Shown: in pieces, positions 31,866 through 41,816 of the stretch | How the letters are laid out: each line of letters starts with the position of its first letter | How positions within the stretch are numbered: position 1 is the stretch's first letter | Assembly (NCBI RefSeq): GCF_018373335.1 | Contig: NZ_JAHAHH010000001.1 | Span: 1 to 61,462, forward strand | Source of the DNA: Negativicoccus succinicivorans | GTDB lineage: Bacteria; Bacillota; Negativicutes; Veillonellales; Negativicoccaceae | Length of the DNA: 61,462 nucleotides | Direction: 5' to 3' | Program-made: the position numbers and the translations under genes | Notes under the pieces: generated by a model | Database searches by the model: none | What the model was told of the DNA's origin: nothing | What the model saw: the letters and a program-made list of their open reading frames with translations, nothing else

Positions 31866-32657
31866 ATGACACAGCGCAGAGATGTAGACACATATCGTTT
31901 GACATTGAGTGAATTATTGCACGAAGTGTGTGTCGAACTTTTGGACGGGCAGGATATGCTCGAAGATCTTTCCGCCCAACGTCGCGAGCATCAGGAGATG
32001 GATCAGACGGCGGAAGGACCGCACGCACCGGCGGTGTACGAATTCGCCGAAGAGCAGATTCGTTTGCGTCTGAAACGCTATCGGGAGCTCGGCGATCGGA
32101 TTGATGAAATCATCACTCTGTATAATGAATTGGCCGATGAAGCGCTCGCAGAAGATGATGATGACGAAATCGACGAGACATTTTCCTATACGGGGGACGC
32201 GGATTGGTTGGAATGGCAGGAAATCAAGCGCCAATCGGAAGATGACGATGATGAATATGAAGAAGACGATGATGACGACGATGATGACGACGATTATGAC
32301 GACGACGATGACGACAACAACTATGAAACGGACGATGATCCCGATGAAGAAAGCGACCGCGTCCAGGAATGGTCGTTGAAGAAAAAGAAAAAAGATAAAA
32401 AGAAGGATAAAAAAGACAAGAAAGAAAAAAAGCACAAAGACAAAGAGTCTAAAAATAAAAGTGAAGTCGACGCGAAACAACTGAAAAAAGCAGAGGAAGA
32501 CTCGCAAGCGACGGTCACGACGGTCGTGGAAAGCCGAGCCGCGAAGGAAAAGCCGACGAGAAAAGCGGCAGCGAAACGTTCTGCCGCGACGACAAAAGCA
32601 AAGAGGAAAACCGCGGTAAAACCCGCGGCGAAACCGAAGGTCGCGTCGAAAAAATGA
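31866..32657 (+). CDS. Hypothetical protein with long acidic tract followed by Lys/Ala-rich basic tail
   Basis: AAGGAGG RBS before ATG 31866; helical N-terminus, poly-D/E block, KKKKDKKKDKK and KAAAK/KPAAKPK tail. Confidence 0.75.
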   Translation: MTQRRDVDTYRLTLSELLHEVCVELLDGQDMLEDLSAQRREHQEMDQTAEGPHAPAVYEFAEEQIRLRLKRYRELGDRIDEIITLYNELADEALAEDDDDEIDETFSYTGDADWLEWQEIKRQSEDDDDEYEEDDDDDDDDDDYDDDDDDNNYETDDDPDEESDRVQEWSLKKKKKDKKKDKKDKKEKKHKDKESKNKSEVDAKQLKKAEEDSQATVTTVVESRAAKEKPTRKAAAKRSAATTKAKRKTAVKPAAKPKVASKK

Positions 32658-32714
32658 GCAAGTAAAAGATTCACCCGTCGAGCGGCGGGTGAATCTTTTT
32701 AGAAAGGAGATACG

Positions 32715-33908
32715 ATGCGCAGACGCTGGATTCTGCATGTGGATATGGACGCGTTTTACGCTTCCGTCGAGCAGCGCGATCATCCGCAATGGCGAGGACT
32801 GCCCGTAATTGTCGGCGCCTCGGAACGACGCGGCGTGGTCGCGACCGCCTCTTACGAAGCGCGCGCGTACGGCGTGCACTCCGCAATGGCAGGGAGCATT
32901 GCGCGCCAACGCTGCCCGCAGGGGATTTTTGTGCGCCCGCGCATGCATGTGTACCGTGAAGTATCCGCGTTGATTCATGAAGTGTTGTATCGATATGCGC
33001 CCGAAATCGAGCCGCTGTCGCTCGATGAAGCGTTTTTGGATATCTCCGGCATGGGGACGCAGTTTCCGACGCTTAAAGCGCTCGGCCGCAGCGTGCAACG
33101 TGATATTTACGATGCGGTCGGCTTATCTGCGTCGGTCGGCATCGGCGGTAATAAATTTTTAGCGAAACTCGCGAGCGATTTGGAAAAGCCGTACGGCTTG
33201 GTCATTATTCCTTACGAACAGGCGCAGAAAATGATCGCACCGTTGCCGGTGCGTCGTCTTTGGGGCGTGGGTCCGAAGTTGGAAGCGGAGCTGGAAACGC
33301 TCGGCTATGTCACGATCGCCGATGTGGCGGCGGCCGATCCGGATCAATTGGTGCGGCAGATCGGCCAGCAGGGCAAAACGCTTTGGGAATTGGCGCACGC
33401 TCGCGATGATCGTCCGATTGTCGCGCACGCGCCGCGCAAATCGATCGGGGAAGAGGAAACATTCGCGGAGGATCTCCATGCGGATGCGGATATTCGCCGT
33501 TACCTTTTGCGGGCGAGTGATACCGTCGCGCGCCGTTTACGCCAAAAAGGACTGGTCGCCCGCACGGTCACGTTGAAATTGCGTTACGGTTCGTACAAGA
33601 CGCTTACGCGCTCCGTGACGCTCGCCGATCCGATTGATTTACCGCAGGCGTTGTCGGAGGCGGTTTTCTCGTTGTATAATAAACTTAAACTCACAGAAGG
33701 TGTACGACTCCTGGGCGTGACCGTATCGGGACTGTTGCCGGCGGGAACGGAGCCGATGTCGCTCTTTGCGGACGGCACGGCGCGCGAGCGCAAGGCGCAG
33801 GAAACGATCGACAAGCTCCAGGACAAATATGGCCCGACGGCCATTCGCAGAGGATTTTGGTGGGACAGTGAGACAACCACCGGTGACGAAAGGGGAAAGA
33901 AACGATGA
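32715..33908 (+). CDS. dinB: DNA polymerase IV
   Basis: HVDMDAFYASVE, ASYEARAYGV, SLDEAFLD, KLASDLEKP. Confidence 0.95.
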   Translation: MRRRWILHVDMDAFYASVEQRDHPQWRGLPVIVGASERRGVVATASYEARAYGVHSAMAGSIARQRCPQGIFVRPRMHVYREVSALIHEVLYRYAPEIEPLSLDEAFLDISGMGTQFPTLKALGRSVQRDIYDAVGLSASVGIGGNKFLAKLASDLEKPYGLVIIPYEQAQKMIAPLPVRRLWGVGPKLEAELETLGYVTIADVAAADPDQLVRQIGQQGKTLWELAHARDDRPIVAHAPRKSIGEEETFAEDLHADADIRRYLLRASDTVARRLRQKGLVARTVTLKLRYGSYKTLTRSVTLADPIDLPQALSEAVFSLYNKLKLTEGVRLLGVTVSGLLPAGTEPMSLFADGTARERKAQETIDKLQDKYGPTAIRRGFWWDSETTTGDERGKKR

Positions 33909-35044
33909 ATGTTAATAAAGAACGCATGTTGAACGAATTTTACGAATTGATTCGCATCCCTTGCTCGACAGGTGACGAACGGGAAGTTGCCGATTTACTA
34001 AAAAAACGCCTGAAAAAACTGGGCGCGCAAGATGTCAAAGAAGATGATGCGGGCAGCAAAATTAACGGCAATGCCGGCAATATTATCGCTACTTTCGGCG
34101 CGACGATGGAAGGCTTGCCGACGGTCGCTTTCACGGCGCATATGGATTGCGTCGAACCCTGCGCGGGGATCGAACCGGTCTTGAAAGACGGCGTGATTAC
34201 GTCAAAAGGCGATACGATTTTGGGCGGCGATGACAAATCCGGTGTGGCCGCGATTTTGGAAGGCTTGCGCCTGATGAAAGAAAACGCTCTGCCGCACGGC
34301 AAGATCGTTGTCATCTTCTGCGTGGCGGAAGAAGGCGGCTTACGCGGCTCGCGCAATATCGACACGGAGCTTACCCAAGGCATCGACTTCGGTTACGTTT
34401 TGGATTCGTCCGGCGCGCCGGGTAAAATCATTAACCAGGCACCGGGTCAAAACGCGATTCGCGTCACCATGCACGGCAAACGCTCGCACGCGGGTCTGGC
34501 GCCGGAAGACGGCGTGAACGCCATCGTCATGATGGGCACGGCACTGGCGCGTCTGCCGTACGGTCGCATTGATGAAGAAACCACCGCGAACGTCGGTTTC
34601 ATCGACGGCGGCATCGCGACGAACATCGTGGCGGATAAATGCAGCGTCAAAGCCGAAGCGCGCAGCCGCGATTTGGCTAAATTGAAACAGCAGACGGACG
34701 CGATGAAAGAAGCGTTCGTGTCCGTGGAAAAAGATTTCCCGGGCGGCAAAGCGGAAGTCGAAGTGGAAGAAATTTATCAGCCGTACCTGGTCGATGAAAA
34801 CAGCCTTTGCATCGAAGTCGCCAAACGCGCGGCGAAAGAAGCGGGGTTGGAACCGAATGTCGGCGCGACCGGCGGCGGCAGTGACGCTAACAACTTCAAT
34901 AAACACAGCTTCCCGGCAGCCGTACTTGCGACCGGCATGACCAAAGTTCATACGCCGGAAGAATGCCTGTTGGAAGAACACCTTTACCAGACCGGTGAAT
35001 GGGTATATCGCATCATTGAACCGCTGCCGCACGCGCATCACTGA
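33905..35044 (+). CDS. M20 family peptidase (peptidase T-like)
   Basis: AHMDCV, GGDDKSG, AEEGG, GGGSDAN, VHTPEE. Confidence 0.9.
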   Translation: MNVNKERMLNEFYELIRIPCSTGDEREVADLLKKRLKKLGAQDVKEDDAGSKINGNAGNIIATFGATMEGLPTVAFTAHMDCVEPCAGIEPVLKDGVITSKGDTILGGDDKSGVAAILEGLRLMKENALPHGKIVVIFCVAEEGGLRGSRNIDTELTQGIDFGYVLDSSGAPGKIINQAPGQNAIRVTMHGKRSHAGLAPEDGVNAIVMMGTALARLPYGRIDEETTANVGFIDGGIATNIVADKCSVKAEARSRDLAKLKQQTDAMKEAFVSVEKDFPGGKAEVEVEEIYQPYLVDENSLCIEVAKRAAKEAGLEPNVGATGGGSDANNFNKHSFPAAVLATGMTKVHTPEECLLEEHLYQTGEWVYRIIEPLPHAHH

Positions 35045-35071
35045 GACGTCGATATATCCGTTTAAGCATTG

Positions 35072-35099
35072 AAAAAAGAGCCCTCGCGGCTCTTTTTTT
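35072..35099 (+). terminator. Intrinsic terminator after the M20 peptidase gene
   Basis: AAAAAAGAGCC-CTCGC-GGCTCTTTTTT. Confidence 0.8.
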
Positions 35100-35452
35100 G
35101 TGGAATACTGCGGAATAAAAAGAAATAAATGTATTTTCATCGTCAAAATAAAATTTGTGGAAAGCATGTGGATAAGTGTAGAAAATGTGGTTTATCCACA
35201 CTATTATCCACATTTATCCACATGTCCATGTCAAAAATACAATAAATTTAATGAGAATTGCGTAAACTCACTGTTTTTGCAAACAATACACTGTCAGTAG
35301 ACAGAAGTATATGTGGAAAACTTTTTTGTGTTCTTCATAATGATTGTTGACATAAAAATGAAAACGACTGTAATACAACGGTTAAGACGATAATTGGAAA
35401 ATAAAATACAGTGAAAAAATAGAGTGGATAACTTGGATAGTCAGGTGGATAA
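35099..35452. promoter_or_regulatory. DnaA-box cluster distant from oriC
   Basis: Perfect boxes TGTGGATAA 35167-35175 and TTATCCACA at 35192, 35204 and 35214; near matches at 35156, 35177, 35312, 35423 and 35444. Confidence 0.88.
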
Positions 35453-35867
35453 CTGATTTTCATGCGCGGCGAAAACCCATAAAAAATGAGAAAAACATGT
35501 AAAATCGGTATTTGCACATGTTTGGTTTCGGTAAAAATGTATTTTTCAGATTGGTTTTCCACCGTTTGTTGCGTTTCGCGGCGATGTCGTGGACAAGTTG
35601 CCAAGTCGGAGCATGATCGCGCAAATTCGCTAGTACGGATTTGCAACACGAAGGAAACGGATTCCGTTTTGCGCTCAAAAATATCCGCCCGCGAGGAATT
35701 TACGTTTTTACGGGTAGCATAAACGAACAGCGCATATTTTATTTTGACGCGGCTTATCCGTTTCCGGCGCGCGTGGATGCAAAAGTATTATGAAAACGAT
35801 TCATCTTGCGTCATGAGATGCTTTCTGTTACCATTAGCTAACTGATTATAAAAAGGAGGAGACGCCA

Positions 35868-36566
35868 ATGAATCACCATTTTCGCCGTGGTTTGGCGAAG
35901 GGAGTGCCGATTGCCATCGGTTATATGCCGATCGCGATCGCGTACGGTGTCTTATCCTCCGTGTACGGCATGCCCGCGTGGTTCGTGCTGGCGTCGTCCG
36001 CGATTGTTTACGCCGGTTCCGCGCAGTTTATGGCGGCGAACTTGATGATTACCGGCACGGGCGTGTGGGAAATTATTTTAACCACGCTGGTGGTGAATTC
36101 CCGCAACCTGCTTTTGGCGGCGGGGCTCGCGCATAATTTGGAAGCGGGGGCGACGAAGTCGGAACGCTTGGCGGTCGGTTCGTTGACGACCGATGAATTA
36201 TTTTCCGTCGCGCTCCTGGAAAAACATCAGGCGTTGCCGCCGGCGTATGTCATCGGGATCGGTTTGTCAGGATATCTCTCCTGGGTAGTCGGTACGGCGC
36301 TCGGCATCGGATTGACCGATTTATTGCCGCCCGCGCTCGCAAGCTCTATGGGCATCGGTTTATACGCGATGTTTCTCGGTCTGCTGGTGCCGGCGCTGCG
36401 CGAGCAGCCGCAGGCGCGTTTGGTGACGCTGATCGCGGTCACGATTAATTTGGTGCTGTACGCGTTGGCGAGTCTGTTCGGTATCGGCCACGGTTTGACG
36501 ATTTTCATCGCGACGGTCAGCGCGGTCGCGTTGGTCACGGCGGCGAAGGAGCGATTGCAATGGTAA
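35868..36566 (+). CDS. azlC: AzlC family branched-chain amino acid exporter subunit
   Basis: PIAIGY, YAGSAQF, VNSRN, TDELF. Confidence 0.88.
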   Translation: MNHHFRRGLAKGVPIAIGYMPIAIAYGVLSSVYGMPAWFVLASSAIVYAGSAQFMAANLMITGTGVWEIILTTLVVNSRNLLLAAGLAHNLEAGATKSERLAVGSLTTDELFSVALLEKHQALPPAYVIGIGLSGYLSWVVGTALGIGLTDLLPPALASSMGIGLYAMFLGLLVPALREQPQARLVTLIAVTINLVLYALASLFGIGHGLTIFIATVSAVALVTAAKERLQW

Positions 36567-36889
36567 ATCAAAGCGATGCCTTTTATATTCTTTTGCTGAT
36601 CGGCATGTGGTTCGTTACCTTGGTGCCGCGCATCGCGCCGCCGTTCTTTTGGCGAGCGGATAAAGTGCCGCCGAAACTTTCCTTTGCGCTCGCCTTAATT
36701 CCCTTCGCGGTGTTGGGTGCGTTGATCGTGCCCGGAGTATTTGTCAGCATGGAAGAGACGCCGTTGCTCGCCACGACGGTATCATTGCTGGTCGCGATCG
36801 GGCTCGCGTTTTACCGCGCGAATTTAGTCTTGATCGTGCTCGCGAGTATTTTGACGCATTACGGTCTGAGCGTATTGATCGCCGCATAA
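36560..36889 (+). CDS. azlD: AzlD domain protein
   Basis: IGMWFVTLVPRIAP, IPFAVLGALIVP; coupled to azlC. Confidence 0.85.
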   Translation: MVNQSDAFYILLLIGMWFVTLVPRIAPPFFWRADKVPPKLSFALALIPFAVLGALIVPGVFVSMEETPLLATTVSLLVAIGLAFYRANLVLIVLASILTHYGLSVLIAA

Positions 36890-36895
36890 GCAAAT

Positions 36896-36927
36896 AAAAA
36901 GAACGGACAGAAATGTCCGTTCTTTTT
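36896..36927. terminator. Bidirectional terminator between azlD and kimA
   Basis: AAAAAGAACGGACA-GAAA-TGTCCGTTCTTTTT. Confidence 0.8.
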
Positions 36928-36929
36928 GA

Positions 36930-38801
36930 TTACCTGTTTTTTTCCTGAGGATTTTTCAACAGCAGCGGGACGGTTGTCACGATCACGTCAAATCGATTTA
37001 AAAGCTGCCAGCGCAGCTGCAAACCCTGCTGGTTATGCAACAGACGCTCCCAACCCGTACCGACCTCAAATTCCGGAATTAATACCGTAATGGACGCGTC
37101 AGGATGGCGGTCGCGAAACTCTTTGATGTAATCCAATAGCGGCTCGGTGAAATCCCGATACGGTGACGGCACTACCGCAAAGGAAATAGCGGGCAAAAGT
37201 CGGTACCATTTTTGGCGGACGCGTTCACCGGCCTCCGCGTCAATGGCGATATGAAGCGCGTGAATGTGCGCATCGTCGGTAATGGCACGAGCGTAACGCA
37301 AGGCGCGCGCGACGGCGCGCGTGGGAGTTGCGACCGGCAACAGCACATGGTGGTCGTTGACCGGCTGCGCCAGAATTTCCGTCAGCTCTTCCGAGGAAAG
37401 CGTCAGCGCTTCCCGCACCTTTTCGTAATGCGTGTGAATCGCCTTAAATATACGCATCAAAATCGGCAGGAAGATTAAAATAATCCAGGCGCCGTGAATG
37501 AATTTGGTGACTAAAATAATGCCCACGACGGCCGCCGTGACCAGCGCGCCGAAGCCGTTCAGCAAGAGTCGTCCGTACGGGCGCCGTTGCTGGCGAAGCC
37601 AGTGGACGCAAAGCCCCGCCTGAGCCAGCGTGAAGGAAAGGAATACGCCCACCGCGTACAGCGAAATCAAATGCTCCACATTGCCGTGGAACGCGACGAT
37701 CAGGCCGGCGGCGCAAAGCGACAGTAAAATAATACCGTTGGCAAAGGAAAGACGCGAGCCGCGTTGCGCGAGGTAGCGCGGCAAGTAGCCGTCTTGCGCC
37801 AAAATGGACATCAGCGGCGGCAAACCGTTGTACGCGGTGTTGGCGGCTAAATATAAAATCACCGTGGTCAGCAGCTGGAAGATGAAATAACCTGTTCCGC
37901 GTCCCCATACGGTCTCCGCCAAAAGCGAGAGCAAGGTGCGATCCGCGCTCGGCAGCAAGCCGAAATGCACGATGAGAAAACCCGTGGAGATCAGTAGCGT
38001 CGACAGGATAATCGCCATTACAGCAATGGTTTTTTTCGCGTTTTGCGCCACCGGTTCTCGGAACGCGCCCGCGCCGTTAGCGATCGCCTCCACGCCGGTC
38101 ATCGACGAACAACCGTTGGCGAATGCCAACAACAGTAAAAAGCAAAGGGTGCCGGGCGTGAGCATGGTCGTCGCTTGCGGCAAAATCACCGGCGGTCGAC
38201 CGAGCACAAAAATTTGGTAGAGGCCCGATCCGGCGAGCATCAGCGCCGTGACCAAAAAAGCATACGTCGGCCACACGAAGGCGTTGGACGCTTCGCGCAA
38301 ACCGCGTAAATTAATCAGCATCAATATCGCAAACACCGCGAAGAGATCAATGAAAATTTGGTACGGTATGAGCTCCGGCCACGCGGAAACCAGCGCCGCC
38401 GTGCCGGATGATACCGATACGGCGACTGTCAGCACGTAGTCCGCGCATAAACTCGCCGCCGCGAGCAGCGCCGGATATTCACCGAGATACTCTTTAGCGA
38501 TGGAATAGGCACCGCCGCCTTGGGGATGCACTTTGATGACCTGCGCGTAGGAAATCGTAATGAGGAAAAGCAATGCCACGATCGCCGCGATAATCCACGG
38601 AAAGTAGTCGTATAAAATCAGCCCCGGCAATACCAAAACCAGCGCGATTTGTTCCGGACCGTAACCGATGGAAGAAAGGGCGTCAGACGAAAAGATCGGC
38701 AACGCTTTCCATTTCGGCAGTCGCTCGTGGCTGAGCTCCGTACTCTTGAGCGGACGCCCTAAAAGCAATTGAGAAAATGAAGAAAATGTAAATTTGCGCA
38801 T
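36930..38801 (-). CDS. kimA: APC-family potassium transporter KimA (YdaO-like)
   Basis: SSDALSS, GGGAY, DYVLTVAVS, TGVEAIANG, cytoplasmic tail SPYR...LHNQ; c-di-AMP riboswitch upstream. Confidence 0.85.
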   Translation of the reverse strand: MRKFTFSSFSQLLLGRPLKSTELSHERLPKWKALPIFSSDALSSIGYGPEQIALVLVLPGLILYDYFPWIIAAIVALLFLITISYAQVIKVHPQGGGAYSIAKEYLGEYPALLAAASLCADYVLTVAVSVSSGTAALVSAWPELIPYQIFIDLFAVFAILMLINLRGLREASNAFVWPTYAFLVTALMLAGSGLYQIFVLGRPPVILPQATTMLTPGTLCFLLLLAFANGCSSMTGVEAIANGAGAFREPVAQNAKKTIAVMAIILSTLLISTGFLIVHFGLLPSADRTLLSLLAETVWGRGTGYFIFQLLTTVILYLAANTAYNGLPPLMSILAQDGYLPRYLAQRGSRLSFANGIILLSLCAAGLIVAFHGNVEHLISLYAVGVFLSFTLAQAGLCVHWLRQQRRPYGRLLLNGFGALVTAAVVGIILVTKFIHGAWIILIFLPILMRIFKAIHTHYEKVREALTLSSEELTEILAQPVNDHHVLLPVATPTRAVARALRYARAITDDAHIHALHIAIDAEAGERVRQKWYRLLPAISFAVVPSPYRDFTEPLLDYIKEFRDRHPDASITVLIPEFEVGTGWERLLHNQQGLQLRWQLLNRFDVIVTTVPLLLKNPQEKNR

Positions 38802-38834
38802 GAAAAATAGACCTCCCGGTCCTATGGGACCTTA

Positions 38835-38945
38835 CCTTTTGCCTACGAGGTTAGCTGTCGGGTTAGAAGCATAAGGTCGTCTTCCTCTTTCGATTCACCC
38901 CAAGAATTGGTTCCCCCGTTTTCCGTCAGGAAATTCGGCATTTCG
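38835..38945 (-). ncRNA. Cyclic di-AMP (ydaO/yuaA) riboswitch
   Basis: Minus strand GCCGAAT...ACGGGGGAACCA...GGGGTGAATC...AACCCGACAGCTAACCTCGTAGGC. Confidence 0.92.
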
Positions 38946-39143
38946 TTTTTACCATAATATTATAACGCCGCGGCAATATCTTGTAAATAGGAAAAAAGCG
39001 GCCGGTGACGCAACATAAATCCGTCGGCAAAACGGACTTCGTCGCCGCTAAAAAGTTCATAAACACTCTTTTATGACTGTTTTATGGCGTTAAATCGTGC
39101 TATACTGAAACTACAGATAGCATTGCGGCAAGGAGGTGTGCTC

Positions 39144-40304
39144 ATGCAAAAAAGAACGCAAGCAACCGAGCAGGAGTTGCGCGTGATGAGGTCTCCGTCC
39201 GAGATTCCGGCGAAGAAGCTGAGCGTATTGTACATCTTGACGATACTGCGCCGCTTTTCCGACCCTGAACATCCGCTGTCACAGCAGCAGATTCTGACGC
39301 ATCTGGAAGAAGAATATGGCATGGTGTTGGATCGCAAAGCGGTCAAACGCAACCTGGTCAATCTTCTGGAAGCGGGCTATCCGCTCGGTTACAAACCGTG
39401 GCAGCGCAAGAGCGCGAGCCGCGAAAAAGTGGAAAATGTCTACGGTTCGTGGTATTACGAGCATGAATTCGCGCCGGTGGAACTGACCACGCTCATTGAC
39501 GGTCTGTTGTTTTCGCATTTACCAGCCCGGCAGGTCGAGGACATGATCCAAAAACTGCTGCGGTTGCAAAGTCGGTATTATACGAATCCCACGTTGGGAG
39601 TCCACAACATTCCGAATGAAAACTGGCTCAACTGGCAACAGGAAAGTCCCGCCAACGCGCAGATGTTGTATTCGCTGGAAGTGTTGAATGAGGCGATCGA
39701 AGCGCGACAATCGGTCGTGTTCCATTACCTGCAATACGGTCCGGACAAGCAGCAGCGGCCGCGTATTCGTAAGCATCGCAAACGTCCGCATCGCTACCGG
39801 GTGAGCCCGTACGCGGTGGTCGCGACGAACGGTCGTTTTTACCTGATTGCCAATACCGAAGGGCATGATGATATTTCGCATTACCGCGTCGATCGGATGC
39901 AGGATGTGCGAATCGAAAAAAACCGTGAGCTTCGTCCGCTGCGTGAAGTGACGCAGTCGGGCGATGACGAATTGCATTTGCCGAAGCATCTGGCGGAGCA
40001 TGTCAACATGTTCGCCGGACCGGCGGTACCGTGTTTGTTCCGATGTGATCGCGAGATTTTGGACGCCGTCATGGATGATTTCGGAACCTCCTGCACCATC
40101 AGCGAAGTTACGGATAAGACGGTGGTCGTCGAAGTGACCGTGAACGCGACCGCGCTTTTCCACTGGTCGTTGCAATTCGGTCCGGCCGTGAAAGTGCTGG
40201 CGCCGGAATCGCTGGTGCGGGACCTGCAACGAACGGCCATCGCGATGGCGAACGCGTATCGCCATGAAGAACCGTTATATTTTGATCGTGTCGAGATGAG
40301 GTGA
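39144..40304 (+). CDS. wHTH-WYL-WCX transcriptional regulator
   Basis: LYILTIL...HPLSQQQI HTH; VSPYAV...FYLI...YRVDRM WYL core; WSLQFG...VLAPESL. Confidence 0.88.
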   Translation: MQKRTQATEQELRVMRSPSEIPAKKLSVLYILTILRRFSDPEHPLSQQQILTHLEEEYGMVLDRKAVKRNLVNLLEAGYPLGYKPWQRKSASREKVENVYGSWYYEHEFAPVELTTLIDGLLFSHLPARQVEDMIQKLLRLQSRYYTNPTLGVHNIPNENWLNWQQESPANAQMLYSLEVLNEAIEARQSVVFHYLQYGPDKQQRPRIRKHRKRPHRYRVSPYAVVATNGRFYLIANTEGHDDISHYRVDRMQDVRIEKNRELRPLREVTQSGDDELHLPKHLAEHVNMFAGPAVPCLFRCDREILDAVMDDFGTSCTISEVTDKTVVVEVTVNATALFHWSLQFGPAVKVLAPESLVRDLQRTAIAMANAYRHEEPLYFDRVEMR

Positions 40305-40891
40305 CGTCGATGAAACGAGGCTATATCCAAGTCTATACGGGAGACGGGAAAGGCAAAACCACCGCCGCGATCGGGCTTGCGATTCGCGCCGTCGGCGCCG
40401 GTCTGAAAGTCTGGTTGCTGCAGTTTATGAAATCGGAATATTACAGCGAGCAGAAAATTTTGGACGGAATTTCACCGCTTCTCTATCGGGAGTCGCTGGG
40501 GAAGCCGTATTTCATCGCGCCGGAAGGAACGCTCACCGAAGAAACTAAAAAAGCGCTCACCGATGTCGTGGTATTTCCGCCGGGAAATCCGCCCGCCGAA
40601 TACGTCGAAGCGTGCCGCAACGGCGTGGAGATCGCCGCGCGAACGCTGGCGAAAGGCGAGTACGATGTCGTGATTTTGGATGAAATCAATGTCGCGTTGC
40701 ATTTCGGTTTGGTCACGCGGGAGGATTGCGAAGCGTTGATTGCCGCCAAGCCCGCCGGCACCGAACTTGTTTTTACCGGTCGCAAAGCGCCGCAATGGTT
40801 AGTTGACCGTGCGGATCTCGTGACCGAAATGCGCAACGTGAAACATTACTATGACGCGGGTGTCGCGAATCGTCGCGGCATCGAAGACTGA
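40301..40891 (+). CDS. Cob(I)yrinic acid a,c-diamide adenosyltransferase (CobA/CobO/BtuR)
   Basis: YTGDGKGKTTAA, LDEIN, TGR, ADLVTEM, KHYY. Confidence 0.92.
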   Translation: MTSMKRGYIQVYTGDGKGKTTAAIGLAIRAVGAGLKVWLLQFMKSEYYSEQKILDGISPLLYRESLGKPYFIAPEGTLTEETKKALTDVVVFPPGNPPAEYVEACRNGVEIAARTLAKGEYDVVILDEINVALHFGLVTREDCEALIAAKPAGTELVFTGRKAPQWLVDRADLVTEMRNVKHYYDAGVANRRGIED

Positions 40892-40905
40892 AAGGGTGGG
40901 GGACG

Positions 40906-41814
40906 ATGGAGCTGGTGACCTCGATCCTTTGGGCTCTGCTTGCGCTGATTGTCCTCGTTTTTGTCCTGCTGCTGATTCTTTTGTGGCAGCGCGTCGATTA
41001 TGAATTCGCCGTGCAGAAATATGAGGGCATGGCGGCTCGCGTCAAAATTGATTGGGCGTGGGAACTTTTAGCGGCGCAGGCGCGATATGACAGCGGTGCC
41101 GGACTTTTCTGGGAAGTGAAATGGCCGTTCGGCGGCATGAATTCGCACCCGGAATCCAAAGCGGAAGGCATCGAAGCGCGGGCCAAGCAAATGGAAGAAC
41201 AGGCCAAAGAAGGTAAACAACGGCGCAAAAAAGCAAACGAAGACGCGGAAACGATTCGTCAAAAGGCGGCGAAGCGCGCCGAAGCCGCCAAAGCCGATGC
41301 CGATTACTACGCGGAAGAAGAACGGCTGCGTAAAAAAACGGATCCCGATGTCGCCGCCGAATGGGATCGTCTGGAGCGTGAAGCCGAACGCCATCGCGAA
41401 CGGCAGGAAGCGCGCGATGAGGACGAAAAAACAAAGCCGCAACCGGGCGTAAAAGACTATCTCGGAGTAGTCCGTTACGCCTTGGCGCAAGATATTTTAC
41501 AACCGCTGGCAACGTATCTTTCCCGTTTATGGGGACGAGCCAAACCGCGTTACGCGGACGGCGAAGCGACGGTCGGGTTGGCGGATCCGTACACGCAAGG
41601 ACTTTTAATGGGAGCGATATATGCGTCGCTGCCCGCGCTTGCGTCGCGTATCGGATTCGTCTTTAATGAGGAAGTGATCGAAGGTCGCTTTCGTACCGGT
41701 GGCGGCATTCGACCGCTGGCTGTTGTTTGGGATTCACTGCGATTTGTCTGTGCGGCACCGGTCCGCAAGACCGCATGGTACTACTGGCGTCACGTCATCA
41801 ATAAGGAGGAATAA
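40906..41814 (+). CDS. DUF2953/YtfI-like membrane-anchored protein
   Basis: N-terminal TM helix, charged middle region, GLADPYTQG; directly upstream of a ytfJ-like gene. Confidence 0.65.
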   Translation: MELVTSILWALLALIVLVFVLLLILLWQRVDYEFAVQKYEGMAARVKIDWAWELLAAQARYDSGAGLFWEVKWPFGGMNSHPESKAEGIEARAKQMEEQAKEGKQRRKKANEDAETIRQKAAKRAEAAKADADYYAEEERLRKKTDPDVAAEWDRLEREAERHRERQEARDEDEKTKPQPGVKDYLGVVRYALAQDILQPLATYLSRLWGRAKPRYADGEATVGLADPYTQGLLMGAIYASLPALASRIGFVFNEEVIEGRFRTGGGIRPLAVVWDSLRFVCAAPVRKTAWYYWRHVINKEE

Positions 41815-41816
41815 CA

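Noticed and set aside
32240..32350. GAT/GAC tandem repeats as a possible array
   Set aside because: Simply encodes the poly-Asp tract; no repeat-spacer structure.
31914..33098. 394-aa minus-strand ORF with a hydrophobic V/I run
   Set aside because: Reverse complement of the Asp/Lys tracts and dinB.
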